DNA from: an uncultured Planctomycetota bacterium
GTDB taxonomy: Bacteria; Planctomycetota; Planctomycetia; Gemmatales; Gemmataceae
DNA: 64,000 nucleotides
Direction of reading: 5' to 3'
NCBI GenBank assembly: GCA_963849325.1
Contig: CAWKHF010000005.1
Span: 704,001-768,000 of the forward strand
The number at the start of each line of letters is the position of its first letter. Within the stretch, counting starts at the first letter, position 1. Positions 1 through 9,609 of this stretch are shown here, piece after piece. The notes below the pieces were generated by a model. It did no database searches and was not told the origin of the DNA. It saw only the letters and a program-made list of their open reading frames with translations. The position numbers and the translations under genes were made by a program.

Positions 1-1113
1 CGGATGCCGCACAACCTGAAAACGCTGCACAAGCTCATCGAGGCGGCCGACGCCGACTTCCGCCATTTGCGCGCCGGTTCGTCCTCCAGCCAGGTTCGCA
101 TTCGCCGCGACCTGGTACGCCGCCTGCGCAAGGCCGTGCGCCTCGCCGAGGAACTGTCGCCGCGCATCGACTTGCTCGATCGCTGGGTCGATGAGTTGCG
201 CGGGCTGTCGCGGCAGATGGCCCAGCTGGAGCATCAGAAGGACGCCGGCGACCGCTCGTCGGCCGACCGCGAACGTCGTACCAAGGCGTCCAAGCAGCTG
301 CGCGACCTCACCCTGGAGGTGCGATCCTCTTCGGAGGATCTGGCGCAGCTGGTGCGCGTCCTGGAACATCGCCGCATCGAGTATCAGAAGGCCCGGCGCG
401 AGCTGGCCGAGGGCAACCTCCGCCTGGTGGTGTCGATCGCCAAGCGCTACCGCAGTCGCGGCCTGCCGTTCTCCGATCTCATTCAGGAAGGCAACCGCGG
501 TCTGATGCGGGCCGTGGACAAGTACGAGCATCGTCTGGGTTACAAGTTCGGCACCTACGCGACATGGTGGATCCGTCAGGGCATCACCCGCGCCCTGGCC
601 GACCACGCCCGCACCATCCGCGTGCCGTGCCATCAGGTCGGCACGCTGGCCGCGGTCGAACGAGTGCGTGGCGAACTGTCGATTGCCCAGGGCCGCGAGC
701 CGACGGTCGAAGAGATCGCTGCCGTGCTCGGCGTGACGGCCGAGGAGACGCAATCGCTGCGCATGGTCGCGCGCCATCCGGTCAGCTTGCACGAGCCGCT
801 CGGCGGCGATGGCGAACGCGCCCTGGAAGATTTTCTCGACGACCCCGACGCCGCCAACCCCGGCCAGCAGGTCGATCAACACCTGCTGCGCGAGCGCATC
901 GCCGAAGTGCTGCGTTCGCTGACGCCGCGCGAGCGCGAGGTGATCGAGTTGCGTTTCGGTCTGCGCGACGGCCAACCGCGGACGCTGGAGGAAGTGGCGC
1001 GAGCCTACGGCATCACGCGCGAGCGCATCCGCCAGATCGAGGCGCACGGCCTTCTCAAGCTACGGCAGCCGCTGCGCAGCCAGCGGCTGGCGGAGTTCGC
1101 CGAAGCGGAATAA
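1..1113 (+). CDS. Sigma-70 family (RpoD/SigA-like) RNA polymerase sigma factor, probably 5'-truncated by the window edge
   Basis: Region 2 motifs [43 protein letters not shown]; region 4 [23 protein letters not shown]. Confidence 0.93.
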   Translation, partial: RMPHNLKTLHKLIEAADADFRHLRAGSSSSQVRIRRDLVRRLRKAVRLAEELSPRIDLLDRWVDELRGLSRQMAQLEHQKDAGDRSSADRERRTKASKQLRDLTLEVRSSSEDLAQLVRVLEHRRIEYQKARRELAEGNLRLVVSIAKRYRSRGLPFSDLIQEGNRGLMRAVDKYEHRLGYKFGTYATWWIRQGITRALADHARTIRVPCHQVGTLAAVERVRGELSIAQGREPTVEEIAAVLGVTAEETQSLRMVARHPVSLHEPLGGDGERALEDFLDDPDAANPGQQVDQHLLRERIAEVLRSLTPREREVIELRFGLRDGQPRTLEEVARAYGITRERIRQIEAHGLLKLRQPLRSQRLAEFAEAE

Positions 1114-1496
1114 CCTCTCGGCGCGCGCTGGCATCATCTCTCACATATCAATGAAGAGGGGTCTTGTTGCCAGATGGACAGCCCGAGCCGCCGGAGGGTT
1201 TTCGGGCTACGCCGCGCTCTAACCAGGATCGATGCTCCAGGTTAGAGCGCGCTTTAACCCGGGCGGTTTTCGTTGGACAATCGGCGAAACGTCCTGTACC
1301 GTGAGGCTGTTGCATCGCCGAGCGGATCCAGTCACTCCGAATTAGAGCGCACGGCGCACTCTAACCCCGGAAATACGGCGCGCCCGAAACAGTAGTTCGG
1401 CGATAAGTAGCTTGGCACCTGTCCTGTTAGCGTGAGCGCACCGCAACCAGATGGCGTGCGGCAATCGGCGGTGGCGTCAGCTTGAGAGGTGTTCCA

Positions 1497-1877
1497 ATGA
1501 ATGCGTTGCGGATCGTTGCTGCGGCCGCCCTGGCTGCCGGGCTGGTGGGCTTCCTACGGGCCGAGGGACAGAAGGCCGATAACAAGACGCTCATCGTCGG
1601 CTTCTGGGAATTGACGAAAGCCGACAAGGGCGGACCCCCGCTCGGAACGATCATGGAGTTCACGAAGGACGGCAAGGTCAAAATGACCGGCAAGGCCAAC
1701 GGCAAGGATTTCGTCGCCAACGGCACCTATGTCGTCGAGGGCAACAAGTTCACGGGGATTCTGAAGACCCCCGACCGTGAAGAAAAGGGCACGGTGACGA
1801 TCAAGAAACTCACCGACCAGGAGTTCGTCACAGAAGACGATGTCGGCCGAGTCCTCGAATTCAAACGGAAGAAATGA
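1497..1877 (+). CDS. Secreted TIGR03066-like (Gemmata paralogous family) protein
   Basis: Signal peptide, then LIVGFWEL...MEFTKDGK...GTY..EGNK...TIKKLTD...EFKRKK pattern. Confidence 0.7.
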   Translation: MNALRIVAAAALAAGLVGFLRAEGQKADNKTLIVGFWELTKADKGGPPLGTIMEFTKDGKVKMTGKANGKDFVANGTYVVEGNKFTGILKTPDREEKGTVTIKKLTDQEFVTEDDVGRVLEFKRKK

Positions 1878-1900
1878 CGACAACAGGAGGAGAAAAGGCA

Positions 1901-1934
1901 CCAGGAACCTTTTTGAATCCGAAAAGGTTCCTGG
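1901..1934. repeat. REP-like palindrome (CCAGGAACCTTTT...AAAAGGTTCCTGG)
   Basis: 13-bp perfect inverted repeat after the stop codon. Confidence 0.7.
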
Positions 1935-1992
1935 CACTATTTCCTGACCCCGAGCGCGGGACGCGGTTCCAGCTCTACTGCTCGTGCTAACG

Positions 1993-2088
1993 GCCGAATC
2001 AGCCGCTGCACCTGACCGGGGCCGCATGACGGCGTCCCGAGGCATCACGGCTATCGAGCGGCCCCGGCCGGTGAGCGTGTCGTTCGGC
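1993..2088 (+). other. attC-like integron cassette recombination site
   Basis: GCCGAAT...GTTCGGC ends; inner arms CGCTGCACCTGACCGGGGCCGC / GCGGCCCCGGCCGGTGAGCG form an imperfect hairpin with unpaired bases. Confidence 0.7.
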
Positions 2089-2141
2089 GAAGGGGGAAAC
2101 TACTACACTAGTCTGTAATTATCCTCCTTGAGGGTATCATC

Positions 2142-2372
2142 ATGCGGGAGCGGATTACCGTTCAACCGCACGTCCACTTTGGCAAGCCCTGTGTTGCCGG
2201 CACCCGAATCACGGTGCAGAGCGTACTGGAACTCGTCCGCGAGAGGGTTCCCGCAGCGGACATATGTCGAGACTACTACCCAGACCTGTCAGCCGATGAT
2301 ATCCGGGCGTGCGTCCAGTATGCCATCGACCTGATTGCGCTGGAGGACATCCGCCTGGCGGAGGCGGTATGA
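2142..2372 (+). CDS. DUF433 family putative antitoxin
   Basis: Motif I...P.VHFGKPCVAGTRITVQSVL...YPDLSADDIRACVQYA. Confidence 0.88.
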   Translation: MRERITVQPHVHFGKPCVAGTRITVQSVLELVRERVPAADICRDYYPDLSADDIRACVQYAIDLIALEDIRLAEAV

Positions 2373-2410
2373 GGTTTCTGACGGATCAGGATGTATACGC
2401 CGCGACGGAG
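2369..2410 (+). pseudogene. N-terminal remnant of a DUF5615 PIN-like toxin
   Basis: ATGA overlap with DUF433 stop; MRFLTDQDVYAAT resembles the DUF5615 start, then similarity is lost. Confidence 0.55.
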
Positions 2411-2483
2411 ACACGATGTTGTCCGTCCGGTGGCTTCGGGGGACGATCCAGAAAGAGGATGTCCCGGCTCCCGGAGGAATGGA

Positions 2484-2720
2484 ATGGACCGAGACACTTT
2501 TGACAGCACGATCCGCACTTTCAAGCATCGGACGCCGTTCCGACCATTCACCGTCTCGCTGGTGAATGGCGAACGCCTGGAAGTGGACCATCCGGATGCC
2601 TTGGCAGTGCGAGATGGCGTGGCTCTGTTCGTCGGGCCGGGAGGCGTGCCTGCGGTTTTCGATCATGAGAGGGTTGCTCAGGTAATTGGGGATCTGGTCA
2701 GACCTCCGTCTACAGAATAG
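2484..2720 (+). CDS. Small planctomycete-type hypothetical protein
   Basis: GGAGG RBS; PFRPFTVSLVNGERLEVDHPD motif; followed by attC-like site. Confidence 0.7.
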   Translation: MDRDTFDSTIRTFKHRTPFRPFTVSLVNGERLEVDHPDALAVRDGVALFVGPGGVPAVFDHERVAQVIGDLVRPPSTE

Positions 2721-2757
2721 CACGACCGCCCTTCGGCTCGAAGTAAGGCGGCTTCTC

Positions 2758-2854
2758 GCCGAACCCGTCGCTGCCGCAGACCGGGCGGCCATGCCGGCTT
2801 TTCAAGGCGCGCCGTCTCTCCAGGCCGCCTGGCTGTTGAGTTAGGTCGTTCTTT
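2758..2854 (+). other. attC-like site (degenerate right core)
   Basis: GCCGAAC-CCGTCGCTGCCGCAGACCGGGCGGCC...GGCCGCCTGGCTGTTGAGTTAGGTCGTT, same architecture as the other sites. Confidence 0.6.
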
Positions 2855-2917
2855 GCCGAGCCACGACCGTCAGGGAGCGGAGGGAAGGACAAGCTCCCCT
2901 GACGTTCGCGGCTCGGC
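2855..2917. repeat. REP-like palindrome (GCCGAGCCACGACCGTCAGGGAGC family)
   Basis: Imperfect inverted repeat between convergent genes. Confidence 0.75.
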
Positions 2918-2926
2918 TTGGTTTAC

Positions 2927-4375
2927 CTACCGGATCGGAAGCACGGTGATCGTTGGTTTGCCCTGGCCGAAACCCGCGAGCATCAGAATCGTCTGTCCTT
3001 CCTCCGCCAACTTCAACTCGCGCGCGCGCCGTCGGGCCACCTCCTCGGGTTGATCGAACTCGGCCCGGTCGATCAACTGCGGAATGACACCCCACAGTAG
3101 GTTCATGCGCCGGTACACGCGCGGGTCCATCGTCAGGGCGATGGTCGGCGCCGCCGGCCGCGTGGCGGCGACGACCTCGGCCGATAATCCCTTGACGGTG
3201 CGCACCACCACGGCGCGTACCTGCAAATCGCGCGACAGCTGGGCCGTCGAACGCGCCACCGCCGTCCGCAGCGGCAACGGCGGCGGCAGCTCGCGCTCAC
3301 CCTCGGTGATCGAGCGGAAGCCGCCCTCGATCCACTGCCAACCCTCGACCTGTCGGGCCACGCGGTCCATCATCTCGACGGCCTTGACCGGGTACGCTCC
3401 GGACGCCGTCTCCGCCGACAGCATGACGGCGTCGGCGCCGGCGAAAACGGCGTGAGACACGTCCGACACCTCGGCGCGCGTCGGCCGCGGATGTTCGACC
3501 ATCGATTCCAGCATCTGCGTGGCCACGATGATCGGCTTGTTGCGCTGGCGGGCGCGTTGCACCAGGTCGTGCTGGATGATCGGCACCGCCTCCGGGGCCA
3601 GCTCGACGCCGAGGTCGCCGCGCGCCACCATGATTCCGTCGGCCACCTCCAGGATCTCGTCCAGGGCGTCCAGCGCCTCCGGCTTCTCGATCTTGGCGAT
3701 GACCGGCGTCGTCGCTCCCGTGGCGGCGATCAGCTCCTTGAGATCGGCGACGTCGCGCGGATGGCGCACGAACGACAGGGCGAGGAAATCGACGCCGAGA
3801 TCGAGGGCGAACCGCGCGTCTTCGCGGTCCTTGTCGGTCAGGGCCGGCGAGGACACGAACACGCCGGGCAGGTTCATGCCCTTGCGGTCCTTGAGGACGC
3901 CGCCGAACGTCACGGTACACGTGACTTCGCTGCCGGCCGCCGCCTCGACGTGCAGCTCGAGCATCCCGTCGTCGAGCAGAATGCGATCGCCGGGCCGCAC
4001 GTCGTCGGCCAGGGCGGCGTACTGCGAGGGAATCAGGCCCGGCCCACCGAGGACGTTGCGCGTCGTCACCGTCACCGGCCGGCCGGCTTCGAGCGTGATC
4101 TGTCCGCCGGCGAAACGGCCGACGCGGATCTTCGGCCCGCACAGGTCGGCGAGGACGGCGATCGGCTCGCCCCGCGCCTCGGCCGCCGAGCGGACACGGG
4201 CGAAGTTGGCGCGATGCCCGTCATGATCGCCGTGCGACAGGTTGAGGCGAAAGACGTTGACGCCGGCGCCGAGCAGGGCGTCGAGCACGGCCGGCTCGCG
4301 CGACGCCGGCCCGACGGTGGCGACGATCTTGGTACGGCGGCGGCGCAGCAACAGGGGAGAAGGAGGGGTGCTCAT
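2927..4375 (-). CDS. pyk: Pyruvate kinase
   Basis: RRTKIVATVGPAS, FRLNLSHG, DLCGPKIR, IAKIEKPEA, GIMVARGDLGVE, ATQMLESM, DAVMLSAETA. Confidence 0.97.
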   Translation of the reverse strand: MSTPPSPLLLRRRRTKIVATVGPASREPAVLDALLGAGVNVFRLNLSHGDHDGHRANFARVRSAAEARGEPIAVLADLCGPKIRVGRFAGGQITLEAGRPVTVTTRNVLGGPGLIPSQYAALADDVRPGDRILLDDGMLELHVEAAAGSEVTCTVTFGGVLKDRKGMNLPGVFVSSPALTDKDREDARFALDLGVDFLALSFVRHPRDVADLKELIAATGATTPVIAKIEKPEALDALDEILEVADGIMVARGDLGVELAPEAVPIIQHDLVQRARQRNKPIIVATQMLESMVEHPRPTRAEVSDVSHAVFAGADAVMLSAETASGAYPVKAVEMMDRVARQVEGWQWIEGGFRSITEGERELPPPLPLRTAVARSTAQLSRDLQVRAVVVRTVKGLSAEVVAATRPAAPTIALTMDPRVYRRMNLLWGVIPQLIDRAEFDQPEEVARRRARELKLAEEGQTILMLAGFGQGKPTITVLPIR

Positions 4376-4515
4376 GGGATCATCGGGCGAGAGGTTGCGG
4401 GCGTCCGAGCGAGCGTGGAGAGGCTGACGAAGCTTAACGAACGCGGCGGACTTCGACAAGGCCGCCGTCCGAGAGGCATCTCGAAAATTGGTGGATTCTT
4501 TGTACACAAAAGAGG

Positions 4516-4633
4516 AAAGAGCCTCACGCAAAGGCGCAAAGGACGCAAAGGAAAAAAAAGAAGAAGAGGCAAGCGACTCGCGTCTATTGTTTGTCTTCCT
4601 TTGCGTTCTTTGCGCCTTTGCGTGAGGCTCTTT
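4516..4633. repeat. REP-like palindrome (CGCAAAGGCGCAAAG family)
   Basis: AAAGAGCCTCACGCAAAGGCGCAAAGGACGCAAAGG ... CCTTTGCGTTCTTTGCGCCTTTGCGTGAGGCTCTTT. Confidence 0.85.
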
Positions 4634-4692
4634 GGGTTAGAAGCTCTTAGTCGCGGATACTTCGGACTAGTCGATTGGAAACGGAGGCTCCG

Positions 4693-6123
4693 ATGCGATA
4701 CGCGCTGACTCTTCCGCGAATGGGTGTCGCCCTATTCGCCGTGCTGCTCTCGGGGACGGTGCCCACTTTTCTTCGGGCGGCGGACTTGCAGGCGGGCGTC
4801 GCCGTGGTGGACATCACGCCGCCCAAAGGCTACCGCATGAGCGGCTACTTCCGCGAACGACTCAACACCGGCACCCACGACCCGCTCTGGGCCAAGGCGC
4901 TCGTCTTCCGCCAGGGCGACGAACAGGCGGCGCTGGTGTTCTGCGACCTCATCGGTATTGCCCGCGACGTGTCCGGCCGCGCCCGTGAGCTGGCGGCGAA
5001 AAAGACCGGCATCCCCGCGGCGAACATCGTCATCGCGGCGACGCACTCGCACACGGGGCCGCTGTACATGGGGGCGCTGCGCAACTATTTCCACGACCGG
5101 GCCGTCACGGCCAACGGCGCCGACCCGCACGAGAAGATCGATTACCCGGCCGTCCTCGTCGAGAAGCTGGCCGAGGCGATCCAGCGCGCGCGGAAAGCCG
5201 TCCGACCCGTCACCCTCTCCGCCGGCGTCGCTCGACAGGCGGGACTGTCGTTCAACCGTCGCTTTCACATGAAGGACGGCAGCGTGCAATTCAATCCCGG
5301 CAAGCTCAATCCCAACATCGTGCGGCCGGCCGGTCCCGTCGATCCGGACGTGGGGCTGCTGCGCCTTGCCGACGGCGAGAAAAACCTGGCGATCCTGACC
5401 GTGTTCGCCCTGCATCTGGATACGGTCGGCGGCACGGAATACTCGGCGGATTACCCCTTCCACCTGGAACGCCAGCTCCGTCCGGTGCTCGGCCCGGAGG
5501 GCGTTTCGCTGTTCGGCGCCGGGACGTGCGGCGACATCAACCATATCGATGTATCCAAAAGAGATCCGCAAAAGGGACAACTTGAAGCCGCCCGGCTCGG
5601 TACGACGCTGGGCGAGACCGTGCGGGCGGCGCTGCCCAAGCTGCGGCCGGTGCGCTCGCCAAGCCTCGCCGTCCGCCGAACCATCGTGGAGGCGCCGCTC
5701 CAGAAGTACGATGCCGAAGCGATCGCGCAGGCGAAGAAGGACATGGCGAAGATCGGCACGCGCGATCTGCCGTTTCTGAAGCAGGTCGAGGCGTACAAGA
5801 TCGTCTCGCTCCAGCTCTTGCCGGGTGAGACGCTGCCGATGGAAGTACAGGTGTTCCGCCTGAGCGACGACGTGGCCCTTGTGGGATTGCCGGGCGAAAT
5901 CTTCGTCGAGCTGGGCCTGGCGATCAAGAAGGCGTCGCCGTTCCCGGTGACGCTGGTGGTCGAGCTGTGCAACGACGCGCCCGGCTACGTGCCGACCTTG
6001 AAGGCGTTCAAGGAGGGCAGTTACGAGACGGTCAATTCCCGCGTTCGGCCGGGCGGCGGCGAGGAACTCGTGGAAGCCGCCACGCGCTTGCTCAAGCAGT
6101 TGGGGGCTTCGCGCCGCCGGTGA
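4693..6123 (+). CDS. Secreted neutral/alkaline ceramidase-like hydrolase
   Basis: Signal peptide; VDITP, HDPLWAKA, ATHSHTGP, SADYP, GTCGDIN, GLPGEIF, GYVPT motifs. Confidence 0.8.
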   Translation: MRYALTLPRMGVALFAVLLSGTVPTFLRAADLQAGVAVVDITPPKGYRMSGYFRERLNTGTHDPLWAKALVFRQGDEQAALVFCDLIGIARDVSGRARELAAKKTGIPAANIVIAATHSHTGPLYMGALRNYFHDRAVTANGADPHEKIDYPAVLVEKLAEAIQRARKAVRPVTLSAGVARQAGLSFNRRFHMKDGSVQFNPGKLNPNIVRPAGPVDPDVGLLRLADGEKNLAILTVFALHLDTVGGTEYSADYPFHLERQLRPVLGPEGVSLFGAGTCGDINHIDVSKRDPQKGQLEAARLGTTLGETVRAALPKLRPVRSPSLAVRRTIVEAPLQKYDAEAIAQAKKDMAKIGTRDLPFLKQVEAYKIVSLQLLPGETLPMEVQVFRLSDDVALVGLPGEIFVELGLAIKKASPFPVTLVVELCNDAPGYVPTLKAFKEGSYETVNSRVRPGGGEELVEAATRLLKQLGASRRR

Positions 6124-6875
6124 TCGCGTTCATGTCCTCGATGCCCTCCGGCCAGCGGTCGCGCGGCTCGAAGCCGAGCAGCTTTCGGGTAGGTTCGAGA
6201 TCGTACATGGCGGTTCGCAGGGGCCGGCTCGTGGCGTAGACGACGGCGAAGCGGATGTCGGCGGGCGCCTCGACGGCGCAGGCGAAGAAGCGGCCGGCGT
6301 CGCCGGGGCTGAGGTACACATCCTTGGCCCAATCGAGAGCGGCCAACTCCTCGACGTGTTCGCGCGAACGCGGCACCCAGCCGAGGCGGACGGCGATCAC
6401 GCTCAGGCCGTGGTTCTCGGCGAGACATGCGGCCGGCCGCTTCGAGAAAGACCTTCGCCGCCGCGTACCAGCCGCGCGGCGTCGGTGGATCATCGGCCTT
6501 GATCGGCCACGGCCCGCGCTGCCGCTGCCACCACACGACCTGGCCACTGCTGGCCAGCACCAGCCGGCGCACGCCGGCCAGCCGCGCCGATTCCAGGACG
6601 TGATAAACGCCGACGAGATTGTTCGGCGCCAGCTGGGTCAAAAAATCGTCGTCGTCCGGCGTGGCGGCGAGGTGGATGACCGTGCCGGCGCCCTCGACGG
6701 CGCGACGCACCGCCGCGGCGTCGGTGAGGTCGGCGACAACGCAGTCCTCCAGGCCCGGCGTCGGTACGCGATCGAAGCCGCGCACCGGCCGGCCGCGCGC
6801 CTGCAACTCCGCCACCACCGCCCGGCCGATGCGTCCGCTCGAACCCGTGACCAGGACTGTCGGCGATTCGCTCAT
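6092..6875 (-). CDS. NAD-dependent epimerase/dehydratase (SDR), frameshift near 6425
   Basis: VLVTGSSGRIG, HLAA, LASS, YAAAK; C-terminal part continues in ORF 6092-6547. Confidence 0.85.
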
Positions 6876-6992
6876 GTGTTTCTCTCCGGCAGACGGAATC
6901 TCCTCTCCTTGTGCCTGCGGATCAATGTATCGGACAGGGGGGCGGAGAGGATACACTGAGCAGGGTTGTCCTCGAACGAGAAGGAGTCCCTC

Positions 6993-8157
6993 ATGACGAC
7001 AACGGACCAGAAACAGTTGCTCGCGGATGTCGAGGCGTTTTGCCAGGAGGTTCGGCCCATCGAAGAGCTGTGCTACGTCGAGCACCGCTTCAACGATCAA
7101 GTCCTGCCGCTGGCGCAAGCACAACCTGCTGGGCATGCCCGTGCCGCGCGAGTACGGCGGCCGCGGCGCCGACACCGTCACCTACGCTCGCGCCCTGGCT
7201 CGCATTGGCCGCGAGGGGACCGGCGTGCGGACCTTCTTCTCCGGCCACACGTCCATCGGCGAATATCCCATCCTGACCTGGGGCAGCGAGGAGCAGAAAC
7301 GCCGTTACCTGCCGGCCGCCTGCCGTGGCGAGAAGGTGCTGGCCTTCGGACTGACCGAGCCGGAGGCGGGCAGCAATCCGCTGGAAATGCAGACGACCTA
7401 CGAACGTCGCGGCGATCACTTTATCCTCAACGGCGTCAAATACCTCATCTCCAACGGCGGCATCGCCGACGCCGTGGTCTGCTTCGCCTATCCCAAGGAC
7501 GGCGGCCGCATCAGCGCCTTCCTCGTCGATCGCGGTCCCGGCTTCGTCAGCGAGGACCTGACGGCCAAGCTGGGCATGCCGTCGGCGAACACGGCCATGT
7601 TCGAGCTGCGCGACTGCAAGGTGCCGGCGAATAATCTGCTCGGCGAGGAGGGGGCGGGCTTTCGCATCGCCATGGGCACGCTGGTCAGCGGCCGGCTCAG
7701 CGTGGCGGCGGGCTGTCTCGGCGTGATCGAGGACTGTCTGACGGAGGTGGTCCGTTACGCCAAGGAGCGCCAGCAGCACGGCAAGCCCATCGGCCGCCAT
7801 CAGCTCGTGCAGGAACACATCGCCGCGATCGAGATGGCGCGGGTGGCGTCGGATGCGTTGGTTCGGCAAGCCGCCGAGGCGAAGGACGCCAGCAACGCCG
7901 CCCCCGCCGATGCCGAGCTGCGTGCGCGGGCCGAATTGCTGGCGGCGCAGGCGAAGTTGTTCGCCGCCAACGCCGCCTGGGAGGCGGCCGATCGCGCCGT
8001 GCAAGTGTACGGCGGTCGCGGCTGGTCCACGTTGTATCGCGTCGGCCGGCACCTGATGGACGTGCGCGTCTGCCGCATTTACGAAGGCACGGATGAGATC
8101 CTCAAGCTGAAGATCGCCGCCGCCGTGCTGGGCAAGGAGTATGAAGCGTACAAGTGA
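6993..8157 (+). CDS. Acyl-CoA dehydrogenase, frameshift near 7110
   Basis: PREYGGRG, AFGLTEPEAGSN, LNGVKYLISNG, AVQVYGGRG, IYEGTDEI; N-terminus in ORF 6966 frame. Confidence 0.92.
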
Positions 8158-8306
8158 ATCGCCCTGCCAGACGTGGAAGGAAAAAAGCGAAAAGCGGTAC
8201 GTCTTGAGATTTCTGTTGATAGCGAGACAATTTCGGCCCCTTGCGCGAACCTTGGCTGGTGCTTTGGGTGTCGTTTCTGGGTGACATTGTTGCGTTCTCA
8301 GTGGAG

Positions 8307-9155
8307 ATGACGTTCATGCGCGCCCTGACGAGTTGGGAGAGCCTTCAGCCGCTTGTCGGCACAACTTCAGAGAGCGCCGACCTTGACTTCAAAGCGACAC
8401 TGGATCCGTCGAAGGGCAAAATCGAATTTGCGAAGGACGTCGCTGCGCTGGCCCATGTGTTGGGCGGTCATGTGCTTGTCGGCGTATCCACCGATATGAA
8501 TGGAATCCGTTGCACGGGGTTCCACGGCATCGAGAAGGACCTTGCAACCGAGATCACCAAAGTCATCGAGGAACAGGTTAAGGATCGCTGTCGGCCAACG
8601 CCGATCTTCAATGTTCGATCATTTGGCCTGCCGGGATCGCCGAAAGTGGTTGTCGTGGTTGCCATCGAGGCAAGTGCCCGCGCACCGATTGGCGTCTGCC
8701 TTCGCCAAGACAGGGGTGGTCTCCTTGTCGATAAGGGATGGGCATTCCCATACCGCGTCGGCGCACTGACCGAATTCCTTCACCCGGACCAGTTCGGAGT
8801 CTACGAATCCATGACCGCCCGCCGTGCCGCCGCCATCCTGACTTCCATTCCCGCGAACGAACGCGAGCACATCATCCTTCGTTGGGTGGTACATGCAACA
8901 GTGCTGGGCACTGGGTACGGGGACGGTCAGAGCGCTCATCTCGAATCCGTGGCGGTCCGGTTCCTATGTGTCGATCTGCTTGGCAACGCGGCATCGTTCA
9001 GCGAGTTGGATGGGGCAGCACGAATCGACGTGCCGCTTGACCAGATCCAGACCGTTTGGAGGACAACTTGGAGGGCAACGGAAGGTTGGGCGGTTTCGAT
9101 CAACGGCAGTATCCAACAAACCGATGGCGAATGGCAGTACTGGCCCTCGATCTGA
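8307..9155 (+). CDS. AlbA_2/Schlafen-like domain protein (cassette-like gene)
   Basis: ESADLDFK...FAKDVAALAH..GGHVLVGV motif; atypical codon usage; followed by attC. Confidence 0.8.
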   Translation: MTFMRALTSWESLQPLVGTTSESADLDFKATLDPSKGKIEFAKDVAALAHVLGGHVLVGVSTDMNGIRCTGFHGIEKDLATEITKVIEEQVKDRCRPTPIFNVRSFGLPGSPKVVVVVAIEASARAPIGVCLRQDRGGLLVDKGWAFPYRVGALTEFLHPDQFGVYESMTARRAAAILTSIPANEREHIILRWVVHATVLGTGYGDGQSAHLESVAVRFLCVDLLGNAASFSELDGAARIDVPLDQIQTVWRTTWRATEGWAVSINGSIQQTDGEWQYWPSI

Positions 9156-9180
9156 GCCGTCGTTAGCGTAGTGACTCAGG

Positions 9181-9264
9181 GCCGAACACGGCGCTGCGGC
9201 AGACCGGCCACGCGGCTAGCAGTTACTCGTGCTACAGCGCCGCGCTCCGCGTGAGCCGGCAGCT
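9181..9264 (+). other. Left part of an attC-like site interrupted by IS110 (right part at 10718-10733)
   Basis: GCCGAACACGGCGCTGCGGCAGACCGGCCACGCG...GTGAGCCGGCAGCT aligns with the uninterrupted site at 46832-46936. Confidence 0.85.
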
Positions 9265-9279
9265 TCTATGATGCCAGGC

Positions 9280-9609
9280 CACTCGTCAAGAGGAAAATCA
9301 CCTTTTCTCGGCGTTAGTCTCCTCTCTTCCTCCCGGAACAGAGAGAGGCTAGCCGGGGGTCCAGGGGGCGGCAATCAGCGCCCCTGGTCGCCGCACGGAG
9401 GCGGCGAAATCTTCGGCAGGACGCCGACGCTGTCGGGGCTCCCATGCTTCTTATCCGAGCGTGGGTTCAAGACCCTGCCCAAATGGGATGCGAAGAAAGG
9501 TTGCGGGCTGCCCCATCTGAGCGCGAGGATTAAACCCCAGCAGCCGGCCGAGCACACCCGCAACCGCTCAGGAACTTCCCCGACAATGACAACGCCTTGT
9601 CACTATCCG
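9280..9609 (-). ncRNA. Putative bridge/seek RNA region of the IS110 element (ends unknown)
   Basis: Stem 9499-9507/9557-9565 encloses segments matching both sides of the target core. Confidence 0.7.

Noticed and set aside
9261-9289. Circle-junction-specific promoter of the IS110 element
   Set aside because: TTGACG is present on the minus strand, but the -10 is weak and similar in linear and circular forms, so it cannot be supported by eye
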